Assembly: GCA_018824115.1 (NCBI GenBank)
Contig: JAHJGY010000018.1
Span: 1 to 40,613 of the forward strand
Direction: 5' to 3'
Source: Patescibacteria group bacterium
GTDB lineage: Bacteria > Patescibacteriota > 4484-211
Length of the DNA: 40,613 nt
A model generated the notes under the pieces. It saw only the letters and a program-made list of their open reading frames with translations. It made no database searches and was not told the DNA's origin. Every line of letters begins with the position of its first letter. Position 1 is the first letter of the stretch. A program made the position numbers and the translations under genes. Of this stretch, positions 28,928-36,315 are shown piece after piece.

Positions 28928-29683
28928 ATGTACCTTAAGTCACCAGATGGTCGCACGACTGTATTTTTTGACGTGTCCGGAAGTGTTACGGGTGCGTTTT
29001 ATGACGTGACCAAGTACGTAGCTACACCAATGGTAGTTCGGGTTGGTGACAAACTCAAAGTGCGGTCTCACTCGCATGCCTGTTTCCCCTACTTCGGTAC
29101 GCCTAAGCCGGGAGGGCCCTTTCAGAGCCTGGATCCGCACGGATTCCTGCGACAGCAAATCCTTGAGGCGCAACTGCTAGATCCTCAAACGGTGCAATTT
29201 GGCTTCCAGGGCGGCGAGTGGGGAAGTCCCCCACGGCCTTGGGATTACCAAGGGCTGCTAGCTATCCGTGCTCTGGATAGGGGTTTGTCATATTTTGTCA
29301 AGATTGAGAACTATGGCGCATTGGCAATGCCGTTCATGTTTGCCTGGCATTTGTACCTCTGCAGGCAAGGACTGGCGGTCATCGGGATCGATGATGAGCA
29401 GATTAGAGTCGAAGGGGCATACGCAAAGATGCACTCTGCGCCCAGGAGTGGGATTGTCACTGCCAATCTGCACGGCATCGGGACAGTGAACATGCTACTC
29501 TCTGGTGCTTTTGCGGATCCGACGTCACAAGTTATGGTCTGGACTGATTGGGCGCAGGCCCCTGGTGGTGCGGGCTATGTATGCTGTGAGTCTTTGACAA
29601 ATCACCCAGATGTTCCAGGTTTGCTGCCTCCAGGCGGCGAGATGTGGGCGCAATGCGTCCTACAGTTTGTCCCTTTGGAGTAG
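28928..29683 (+). CDS. aldose 1-epimerase / galactose-mutarotase-like protein, divergent
   Basis: CFPYFG, HGFLR, MPF..AWHLY, VWTD, YVCCES; TGcTATAAT (28865-28873) and AGGAGGT SD. Confidence 0.75.
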   Translation: MYLKSPDGRTTVFFDVSGSVTGAFYDVTKYVATPMVVRVGDKLKVRSHSHACFPYFGTPKPGGPFQSLDPHGFLRQQILEAQLLDPQTVQFGFQGGEWGSPPRPWDYQGLLAIRALDRGLSYFVKIENYGALAMPFMFAWHLYLCRQGLAVIGIDDEQIRVEGAYAKMHSAPRSGIVTANLHGIGTVNMLLSGAFADPTSQVMVWTDWAQAPGGAGYVCCESLTNHPDVPGLLPPGGEMWAQCVLQFVPLE

Positions 29684-29702
29684 CAACCAAACAGAATCAG
29701 AT

Positions 29703-29744
29703 GGGGGAGTTGGCGGCATGCCTGCCAATTTAGTCAACTCCCCC
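29703..29744 (+). terminator. 12-bp stem with 18-nt loop after the epimerase-like gene
   Basis: GGGGGAGTTGGC / GTCAACTCCCCC followed by GTCTCGATTTTTT. Confidence 0.65.
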
Positions 29745-29854
29745 GTCTCGATTTTTCTACCTCGACCTTCTCGTTTCAATTTCAGGAGAACCATAGACCC
29801 GCTTTACTAATTTGGGGTTGCAAAATTATACGTTTCTAACTAGAATTGTTCAAC

Positions 29855-30325
29855 ATGGCCGATTGGTTGTTTTCGAACAGTTATCGTTTTTTAAAGATTT
29901 GCGTGTCAATTACAATTGCGGGTACTCTCATTTGGTGGGGTGTAGGACGTGCGGTCGATTATGATGTGCGGTTTGGAGAGATGGTAGCCAATCCCGGGGC
30001 TTATATTGGACAGAAGGTTTTTGTTTGCGGAAGGATTGTTGCTAAAGATAGCGAAAGAATAACATTAGTTGACCGCGGTGAGGAGATTCTTCTTTCTTTT
30101 ACTAATAAACCGGAGATGGCAGAGATGCCTCTTCAAGGAGTACTAACCGGGGAGGGAGTCTTTACAGCGAATGGCGTAATTGAGGTCACGGAATATCGGT
30201 ATCAGCAGTTTCGCGATATTAAAGTGTGGTTGTCATTGATTATTACACCCGTAATGCTTTTGGTGTTTTTATGGAAGTTTAGATGGGATTGGGGGAGAAA
30301 GGAGTTTGTTGGGAGAGATGCCTGA
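29855..30325 (+). CDS. membrane protein with possible OB-fold domain
   Basis: Two TM helices flanking NP..YIGQKVFVCG; overlaps the next gene. Confidence 0.55.
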   Translation: MADWLFSNSYRFLKICVSITIAGTLIWWGVGRAVDYDVRFGEMVANPGAYIGQKVFVCGRIVAKDSERITLVDRGEEILLSFTNKPEMAEMPLQGVLTGEGVFTANGVIEVTEYRYQQFRDIKVWLSLIITPVMLLVFLWKFRWDWGRKEFVGRDA

Positions 30326-30800
30326 TTTAACCATTCATCTATTAACAACTTATATTGCCAACCATAAACTAAAACTCAACCCCTACTTTATTCTTGTTGG
30401 GGGTATTTTCCCCGATTTACTGGGGAGGCCATTGATAATCCTTTTGCCTCAGAACTATCTGTTCAGCTGGGTTTCGGTTTTACTGCACACGCCTGTACCG
30501 GTATTTTTACTTGCCTATGTTGCCAGCCTTTTGTTTACGGAGTTTAACCGGAAAGAGGTTTTCGCCGCCTTGTCAGTTGGCGCGCTGGGACATATGTTAT
30601 TAGATATGACCCAGAAACACTATGGAGATGCTTATTATTGGTTATTCCCCTTTTCTTTTAAAACTTTCGATATACCTCTGCTGTGGTCGGATGAGTATAT
30701 CTTAGCAATTCCAGTTTTTGCGGTGGCAGCTGGGTTAATCTGGGTTGCAAAAAAATACCGATACATGAAAACATTAAATCACGAGATCGTAAAAACATGA
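30318..30800 (+). CDS. membrane metal-dependent hydrolase (YdjM-like)
   Basis: H near N-terminus, GGIFPDL, LLHTP, GHMLLD, WLFPF. Confidence 0.75.
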   Translation: MPDLTIHLLTTYIANHKLKLNPYFILVGGIFPDLLGRPLIILLPQNYLFSWVSVLLHTPVPVFLLAYVASLLFTEFNRKEVFAALSVGALGHMLLDMTQKHYGDAYYWLFPFSFKTFDIPLLWSDEYILAIPVFAVAAGLIWVAKKYRYMKTLNHEIVKT

Positions 30801-30842
30801 AAACATGAAAACAATTGTTCTTGTGTTATCATGATTTCATGT

Positions 30843-31769
30843 TCACTGCCACCACCCAGGATTGTTCTGAAACCATTGGATTGTTTTCTGTAGTGATTCA
30901 GTGAAGGTGGTCTTAGGTTCCCACTTAAGAACACTTTTTGCTTTAGCTGAATCGAGCGGAGGAGAGGAAAATACCTGCTTTTCTTCTGCAACAAATCTTA
31001 TTAGACTTTCCGGCCTATCTAAATTGTTGAGAATAAGCTTAGCAATATCCAGAATAGAGTGTTGGGCGCCCCAGCCGAGATTAAAAATCTCACCGTTTAT
31101 TGTTTTTAAGTGGATGATTTGATCGATAGCGGTGCATAAATCATCTATGTAGAGCCAATCTTGTGCCTTTTTCCCTTCTTGATAAATGGGCAGAGGATTA
31201 TTTTGCAGGGCACTAGTGATTAATAAAGAAATAAGGTGCTTTGGTTTTAGCCAGGGACCCAAAGTTTCTGCTGGACGGAGGATAATTACAGGTAGTTGAT
31301 GTGTGTGGTAGAAGGCCAGGGCTAGAGAATCAGCGGATATTTTGTGAGCACTCTCAAAATCGTGTGCCTGGATTGGGTTGGTTTCTAAAACAGCTTTCGG
31401 GGAGATGTTATCTGGATTGCCAGCGTACACTTTATTCGAGGAAATGTAGATAAACCGCTCCAGTTGATTTTCACGGGCAGTGTCTAGAAGAATGTATTGG
31501 CCGCAGATGTTACTTTCTACTTGTTTAATTCCTGATTCTGATGTGTCGTGAGCTAAGTTGATTAATGCTTGAATCTGGTGTTCTATAATGGTTTTACTGA
31601 CTAATTCCTGATTGCGGATGTCTCCTCTAATAAGGGTATATTGGACCTTGTTGTAATCCCAGCTTTCCTGATCTAAGTTGACGATCTTATAGTCGGGGTA
31701 TTTGTTGATCAAGTACTGGATCAGGTTGCGGCCTATGAATCCAGACCCGCCAGTTATTAATAGGTTCAT
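30843..31769 (-). CDS. NAD-dependent epimerase/dehydratase (RfbB-like) with altered catalytic motifs
   Basis: LITGGSGFIG, GDIRN, DWLYIDDLC, GEIFNLG; ESAHK in place of YxxxK. Confidence 0.8.
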   Translation of the reverse strand: MNLLITGGSGFIGRNLIQYLINKYPDYKIVNLDQESWDYNKVQYTLIRGDIRNQELVSKTIIEHQIQALINLAHDTSESGIKQVESNICGQYILLDTARENQLERFIYISSNKVYAGNPDNISPKAVLETNPIQAHDFESAHKISADSLALAFYHTHQLPVIILRPAETLGPWLKPKHLISLLITSALQNNPLPIYQEGKKAQDWLYIDDLCTAIDQIIHLKTINGEIFNLGWGAQHSILDIAKLILNNLDRPESLIRFVAEEKQVFSSPPLDSAKAKSVLKWEPKTTFTESLQKTIQWFQNNPGWWQ

Positions 31770-32395
31770 GGTAAAACGTTATTTTGTAACGGATATAGCT
31801 CCAATCCCTGCATTTCGTAGGTGCCGAGAACGGTCGATGGGTTGGTTGCCTTATAAGATAAACTGTTGTTATTAGAAGCTGGTCCAAAGATGACAGTGGA
31901 GATTTCATTTGTCCAGAATTCCCCTAGATTTTCGCTCCTGGTTTTTAAGAATTCTTTTAATTGATCTCTATTTGCAGAATGTCTTTCCAGAAGATCACTA
32001 AGCTTTGTGCTCCCGACGGTTACGTTTTGGGTTATTTGTTCTAACTCACTGAAATGCTCTTGGTAGCGTTTTATAACAGTAAATAGTTCTTCACCTGGGG
32101 TGAGTTGGTTTTCTTGGGATATTTCGTGGTAGATTTCTTGGAGCCGTGCATTGCAAAAAGTTAACAGTAATTGAGCGCGGATTTCAGAGTTAGGGGTGGA
32201 AAGGAAGAGCTGAACATTTTCCCAGAGTGTCTTTAAATAATAGAGAGGTGAAGAGGGGACAACGGTTATTTCTAATCCGGCACTGGAGAAGTAGTCGCTA
32301 ATTACACTTGCCTGCGCACTTGCTGGTAAATACACCAAGGTGACGATAATCACAAGGCAGCAGACTAAATGAAAGTGTTTGTTGCGGGATAACAT
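31766..32395 (-). CDS. secreted DUF5667-like protein
   Basis: Signal peptide; P.SPLYYLK..WENV.L...RLQE helical domain. Confidence 0.65.
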   Translation of the reverse strand: MLSRNKHFHLVCCLVIIVTLVYLPASAQASVISDYFSSAGLEITVVPSSPLYYLKTLWENVQLFLSTPNSEIRAQLLLTFCNARLQEIYHEISQENQLTPGEELFTVIKRYQEHFSELEQITQNVTVGSTKLSDLLERHSANRDQLKEFLKTRSENLGEFWTNEISTVIFGPASNNNSLSYKATNPSTVLGTYEMQGLELYPLQNNVLP

Positions 32396-32440
32396 ATGCT
32401 GTAAGTGGCGACTTAATTTTAATCTAGAGACAGGGTAGAG

Positions 32441-32782
32441 TCAAACCGGTTTTGTTATATTTGCTTCTTTCCCGTATTCGGGTGCAGCAAATTTCCCAAT
32501 TGGTTGATCGTTGATAGGTATGTTTAGAGCGAAGGCGAAAGAATTTGCAACCGCGACTCCGATTCTTAAACCAGTAAATGATCCAGGGCCTAAGTTTACA
32601 CTGATGGCTTTTAGGTCAGATAGAGGGATCCCGGTTTTTTTAAGTAATTTATCGATTTTAGGCAGTAATTTTTGAGAAAGTTCTCTTTTAGCAGGAAAAA
32701 TATTTTCGGCCAGACATCGGTTATTTTCGAGTAAGGCGATTCGAGCTTTTTCGTAATTGGCGGTATCAATAAGTAGAGTCAT
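32441..32782 (-). CDS. tsaB: t6A biosynthesis protein TsaB (N-terminal half only)
   Basis: LLIDTA, SQKLLPKI, GPGSFTGLRIGVAVAN. Confidence 0.88.
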   Translation of the reverse strand: MTLLIDTANYEKARIALLENNRCLAENIFPAKRELSQKLLPKIDKLLKKTGIPLSDLKAISVNLGPGSFTGLRIGVAVANSFAFALNIPINDQPIGKFAAPEYGKEANITKPV

Positions 32783-32788
32783 TACTTC

Positions 32789-32859
32789 GAATTAAGAATT
32801 ATGAATCATGGTTTTAAAGTCTGGTTTCCTTATTTTCCATAATTCACTATTCGTAATTC
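32789..32859. repeat. inverted heptamer-repeat (GAATTAN) element
   Basis: GAATTAAGAATTATGAATCATGG (32789-32811) is imperfectly complementary to CCATAATTCACTATTCGTAATTC (32837-32859). Confidence 0.65.
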
Positions 32860-33277
32860 ATAATTCCATTCCAGTAATTATTCTCTCGCTTTTCGACTTA
32901 TATTCGAACATTAGATAAATTGTCTCTTGGGGTAACAGGGCTTTCGCCTTCTCCGCCCACTCGATGATAACAATATTTTGAGGGTGGTACCAGATTTCTT
33001 CTAAACCGAGAGTTTTTAATTCTCCGGGGCGGTCAATACGGTATAGATCCACGTGGTAGAGACTAAATTTTGGGCTTTGATATTGGCGGATTAAAACAAA
33101 TGTTGGACTGATCACTCTTTCTTTAATTCCCAGCTCTTTAGCTAGTCCCTGGACAAAGGTGGTTTTACCACTGCCCAGTTCCCCAATTAAACCAATTATT
33201 TCCCCACCTTTAAGTTTTTTGGCAATGTTAGTGCCCAACTTGAATGTTTCCTGTGCGCTGTGACTCAAGTGTTTCAT
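32858..33277 (-). CDS. tsaE: t6A biosynthesis ATPase TsaE
   Basis: GELGSGKTTF, SPTF, YHVDLYR, IIEWA. Confidence 0.95.
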   Translation of the reverse strand: MKHLSHSAQETFKLGTNIAKKLKGGEIIGLIGELGSGKTTFVQGLAKELGIKERVISPTFVLIRQYQSPKFSLYHVDLYRIDRPGELKTLGLEEIWYHPQNIVIIEWAEKAKALLPQETIYLMFEYKSKSERIITGMEL

Positions 33278-33280
33278 GAG

Positions 33281-33537
33281 TGACCTGGCTGAATAATACT
33301 TATTATATCAAGCCTGAATACAAGTGCCCCTGATTCTCCTGGGAGCCGCAAGCATGGTTCTCTTTGCGATCCAACGGTGAAGTGATCAATTCCCATGAGG
33401 CCGACTTTAATCACTGACAAGAGTACTGTCTTCTTTCCTGCAGATTTGCGAACTTTCTAGTAGTACTGAAAAAGGAAAGGGTGTTTTCTGTAAAATAACA
33501 GGCTCGTGTATCATACTTAACGGAGAGAGCCAGGTTA
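33281..33537. ncRNA. candidate structured non-coding element (unassigned)
   Basis: Terminal pairing TGACCTGGCT/AGCCAGGTTA, AGCCTG/CAGGCT and three internal hairpins; no credible ORF. Confidence 0.35.
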
Positions 33538-33568
33538 GCTGAAAAAAGGAGAGTGTAATAGGAGATTA

Positions 33569-34351
33569 TTAGCTTTTTGGGGTCTGCCGATGGAAGGTTT
33601 CTTTAACTGCGGTTAGTGTTGCGCTAAGGGTTTTGTAGGAGCCGTTGAAGAAAACGGCGGCACCGATAGTCATAATCATTAGCCCGGTTACTAGACCCGC
33701 AGACATTCCGGAATTGGTATCGGGTAATTCTTGGGCACCTAAAACCTCACCTTCATTTTCCGGAGTAGGAGTAGGCATTGGTTTATCGGTTGGTGTCGGG
33801 GTGATTTCCGGAGTTAATGTAGGAGTTGGTTCTATTGTTGGTGTAGGCGTAGGTGTAGGTTCAACTGTAGGAGTAGGGGTAGGTTCTGGCGTAGGCGTAG
33901 GTGTAGGTTCAACTGTAGGAGTAGGAGTAGGTTCTGGTGTGGGCGTTGGCGTAGGAGTTGGGGTAGGAGTCGGAGTAGGCTCCGGCGTGGGGGTAGGGGT
34001 AGGTGTAGGGGTCGGTGTTGGTTTACAGCAATAACTACCTCCAAAATTTATTGATTCACTACTGTATCCAACCAAGGTAACTTTAAAAATGTGGCTGGTA
34101 CAGATGTCGATTTCGTAGTTAAGCCAATTTATTTCTCGGATATCTTCAGGCCATACATTTTCAAACTTTTCAATCTCATTGCCATCAACGTAAAAGATAA
34201 GTGTGTAAAAAGTACCCGGTCCGGAAACTTTAGCGCCCCCTGTGTAACAGTCGGCCCAAATCTCCGGGTGACAAGCATAAGTAGGCTTGCTGCCAACAGA
34301 AAGGCAGAATATGATCGTAGTTATTAGAAAAGGAATCAGCTTTTTTTTCAT
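33569..34351 (-). CDS. sortase-substrate surface protein with PT-repeat stalk
   Basis: Signal peptide, Cys-containing small domain, (PTPTP[E/T]) repeats, [13 protein letters not shown] followed by a TM helix and basic tail. Confidence 0.82.
   Translation of the reverse strand: MKKKLIPFLITTIIFCLSVGSKPTYACHPEIWADCYTGGAKVSGPGTFYTLIFYVDGNEIEKFENVWPEDIREINWLNYEIDICTSHIFKVTLVGYSSESINFGGSYCCKPTPTPTPTPTPTPEPTPTPTPTPTPTPTPEPTPTPTVEPTPTPTPEPTPTPTVEPTPTPTPTIEPTPTLTPEITPTPTDKPMPTPTPENEGEVLGAQELPDTNSGMSAGLVTGLMIMTIGAAVFFNGSYKTLSATLTAVKETFHRQTPKS
33760..34025 (-). repeat. Pro-Thr coding tandem repeats
   Basis: Repeated CCTACN/CCNACN codon pairs. Confidence 0.85.
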
Positions 34352-34408
34352 TGTTATATAGCGATAAACTTTAGGGCAGCAACAGAACGGGATTAAACTT
34401 ATAGCGAG

Positions 34409-34437
34409 ATTATATCACCGCTACCCCGATATGTCAA
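34409..34437 (-). promoter_or_regulatory. perfect consensus sigma70 promoter TTGACA-17-TATAAT
   Basis: -35 at 34432-34437, -10 at 34409-34414, TGaTATAAT; upstream of the surface-protein gene. Confidence 0.85.
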
Positions 34438-34454
34438 TAGGAGATATACAGCGG

Positions 34455-35282
34455 CTATCTTGACATTGTTTTATCGGACACACAAGTTTTTTTCTCAAGT
34501 TTAATAAACACTGTTTTTACGACGTAGCGTTGTTTCGAGAGAGATCCGTCACAAGTGATGAGGGTTAGTTGGGGTTTGTCAGTGGGATAGAATACATTGA
34601 CTTCCTTGGGGTCAACTTGGGTCAGTTTCTCAGTTACCTGATATGTGAAGCGGAAGTTTTTAGTGAATAGGATGATCTCGTCACCGTAAGAGAGTTTTTT
34701 GATACTGGCAAATGCTTGCGGGCGATCATGCCCAAACAATCCGGTATTTCCGTATATGGCGTTAGGTAAACTTGTGCCTTGAGCATAATTCGCTACATAA
34801 TCATGAACTTCCCAAGTTCCGTCTTTTAGAGGTACCAACTTGATGTCTAAGTCTAAGTCTATTTTGGCTATAGTTAGTTTTTCTGGTTCTTCATTAGGCT
34901 CGGGATTATTAGTATCGCAAGGATAGGTGATGGTAGGTGTTGGTTGACCTGCGCTGGGGTTAATGGGTTCTTCTTCTCTGACTGTAGGCGCAGGAGTGCT
35001 CAGAATATCGATATTAAACCAGTCCCGAAGTGGAATTAAAGCAGAGGAAAAGTAGATTACTTGTACGGTTCCCAGGATGAAGAGGAAAATCCAGAGTGTT
35101 AATATGGTTAAGGATCTAAAATTGTCCCACGCAAAAGAGGTTCGGAAGGAATCAAATAGATTCCGCATTGCGGAAGGCAAGGTTGATACTAATCGATTGA
35201 AAGCGATCAGCTTGTTCGGTAATAACGAGCTAGTACTTTTTTCATTATTTGCTTTTATATTAGGGGTTAACAAGATATTCAT
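34455..35282 (-). CDS. sortase
   Basis: TM anchor, LTIAKIDL, GNTGLFGH, LTLITC and RYVV (His-Cys-Arg triad). Confidence 0.9.
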   Translation of the reverse strand: MNILLTPNIKANNEKSTSSLLPNKLIAFNRLVSTLPSAMRNLFDSFRTSFAWDNFRSLTILTLWIFLFILGTVQVIYFSSALIPLRDWFNIDILSTPAPTVREEEPINPSAGQPTPTITYPCDTNNPEPNEEPEKLTIAKIDLDLDIKLVPLKDGTWEVHDYVANYAQGTSLPNAIYGNTGLFGHDRPQAFASIKKLSYGDEIILFTKNFRFTYQVTEKLTQVDPKEVNVFYPTDKPQLTLITCDGSLSKQRYVVKTVFIKLEKKTCVSDKTMSR

Positions 35283-35377
35283 ACGTATATTATATCAGAC
35301 GCTAGGGGATATTTCAGCTCATGCTAATTGACGGTCGACAGAACTATGTGTAGACTGAAGTAACTGAGAATCGGGAT

Positions 35378-35755
35378 ATGACGAAAGAACAACAACTCCC
35401 AGCTTTAGAGGATGAATTTAGTCGTGAATTAACGAATTCCATGGTGGAGAAGTTTTTGCGGCGGGTGGTTGGTTGGGTAGGGTCGTGGTTTTTCCTTTTT
35501 CTTAATGTTATTTGGTTTTTTATTTGGATCATTTGTGGACGGTATTATGACTTATTAACTTTTTGGGTTTCTTTAGAAGCGATTATCTTAGCGATATTGA
35601 TTTTAATCAATGGGAATAGAGGTTTAGAGAGCGATCGTAACCGCGCGATTAAGGATTACAAGATTGATTTGAGTACGGCCAGGAAATTAAAAAATATTGA
35701 GAAAGAGATTAAGGAGTTGAGGAGTTATATTCAGAACCGCTTTCCCGTAACTTAG
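35378..35755 (+). CDS. DUF1003-like membrane protein
   Basis: VGSWFF..NVIWF..W, LLTFWVSLEAIIL..ILI..NR...DR. Confidence 0.75.
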   Translation: MTKEQQLPALEDEFSRELTNSMVEKFLRRVVGWVGSWFFLFLNVIWFFIWIICGRYYDLLTFWVSLEAIILAILILINGNRGLESDRNRAIKDYKIDLSTARKLKNIEKEIKELRSYIQNRFPVT

Positions 35756-35914
35756 ATTTAGCGCAAGCAACTCATCGTTCGCTGGGCAAAAAATCACTCA
35801 TACCACAATTTTAAACACCCGAATATAAAGACAAAGCCTACCGTGATAGGAGAAACGATTTTACGAGCTGAGCGGGCAGTTATATTTTTGGTGATTATTA
35901 GATTCCAGCGAATC

Positions 35915-36115
35915 TTATTGGGCCAACATCTTCCTGCGATTGATTAGGTAACGCGAGAGGGTTGAAATAGCTATAACTATTGATATTGAGCTTATGACGA
36001 CAAACCCTGCAATAATAAGTTTGTTGGCGTGATTTAGAATTAAATAAGCAGAAGCACTGGTTGCTGGTAATACGGTTGCAGTTCCTAGAACTTCGCTTTT
36101 TCCATAATCTGGCAT
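35915..36115 (-). CDS. 66-aa micro-protein consisting mainly of a VLG-LPxT sorting signal
   Basis: AGGAGGTG SD; EVLGTATVLPATS, hydrophobic helix, RRK tail. Confidence 0.72.
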   Translation of the reverse strand: MPDYGKSEVLGTATVLPATSASAYLILNHANKLIIAGFVVISSISIVIAISTLSRYLINRRKMLAQ

Positions 36116-36130
36116 TATTGTTCACCTCCT

Positions 36131-36262
36131 CAATGAGCGCCAGAAAAACCTGTCAAGGTTTTCTGTTGCGCGAATTAGTCCGCCGCAGCTTGAAGAGCGG
36201 AGGCGGGCTCGATGACCCCGATGTCCATCGGGGCAATTAGTCCGCCGATGGATGGGCTCAAT
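36131..36262 (+). repeat. nest of REP-like hairpins
   Basis: AATGA-GCGC...GCGC-GAATT (36132-36176), AATTAGTCCGCCG twice (36173, 36235), CCCCGATG-TC-CATCGGGG (36216-36233). Confidence 0.7.
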
Positions 36263-36315
36263 AAGACATTTATTTTTACTTTAAGAGTATCTTCTCGGGG
36301 CAGTTGAGCAAAAGT

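Noticed and set aside
33341-33375. Group II intron domain V (GAGCCG...GGTTC)
   Set aside because: Far too short, with no GNRA-capped upper stem, no domain VI and no reverse transcriptase.
33645-34044. GV-repeat ORF (+) and Leu/Arg-rich ORF (-)
   Set aside because: Antisense and alternate-frame shadows of the Pro-Thr repeat gene.
35898-36125. 75-aa alternate-frame ORF over the micro-protein
   Set aside because: Its GTG overlaps the SD, which is correctly spaced for ATG 36115, and the product has no coherent features.
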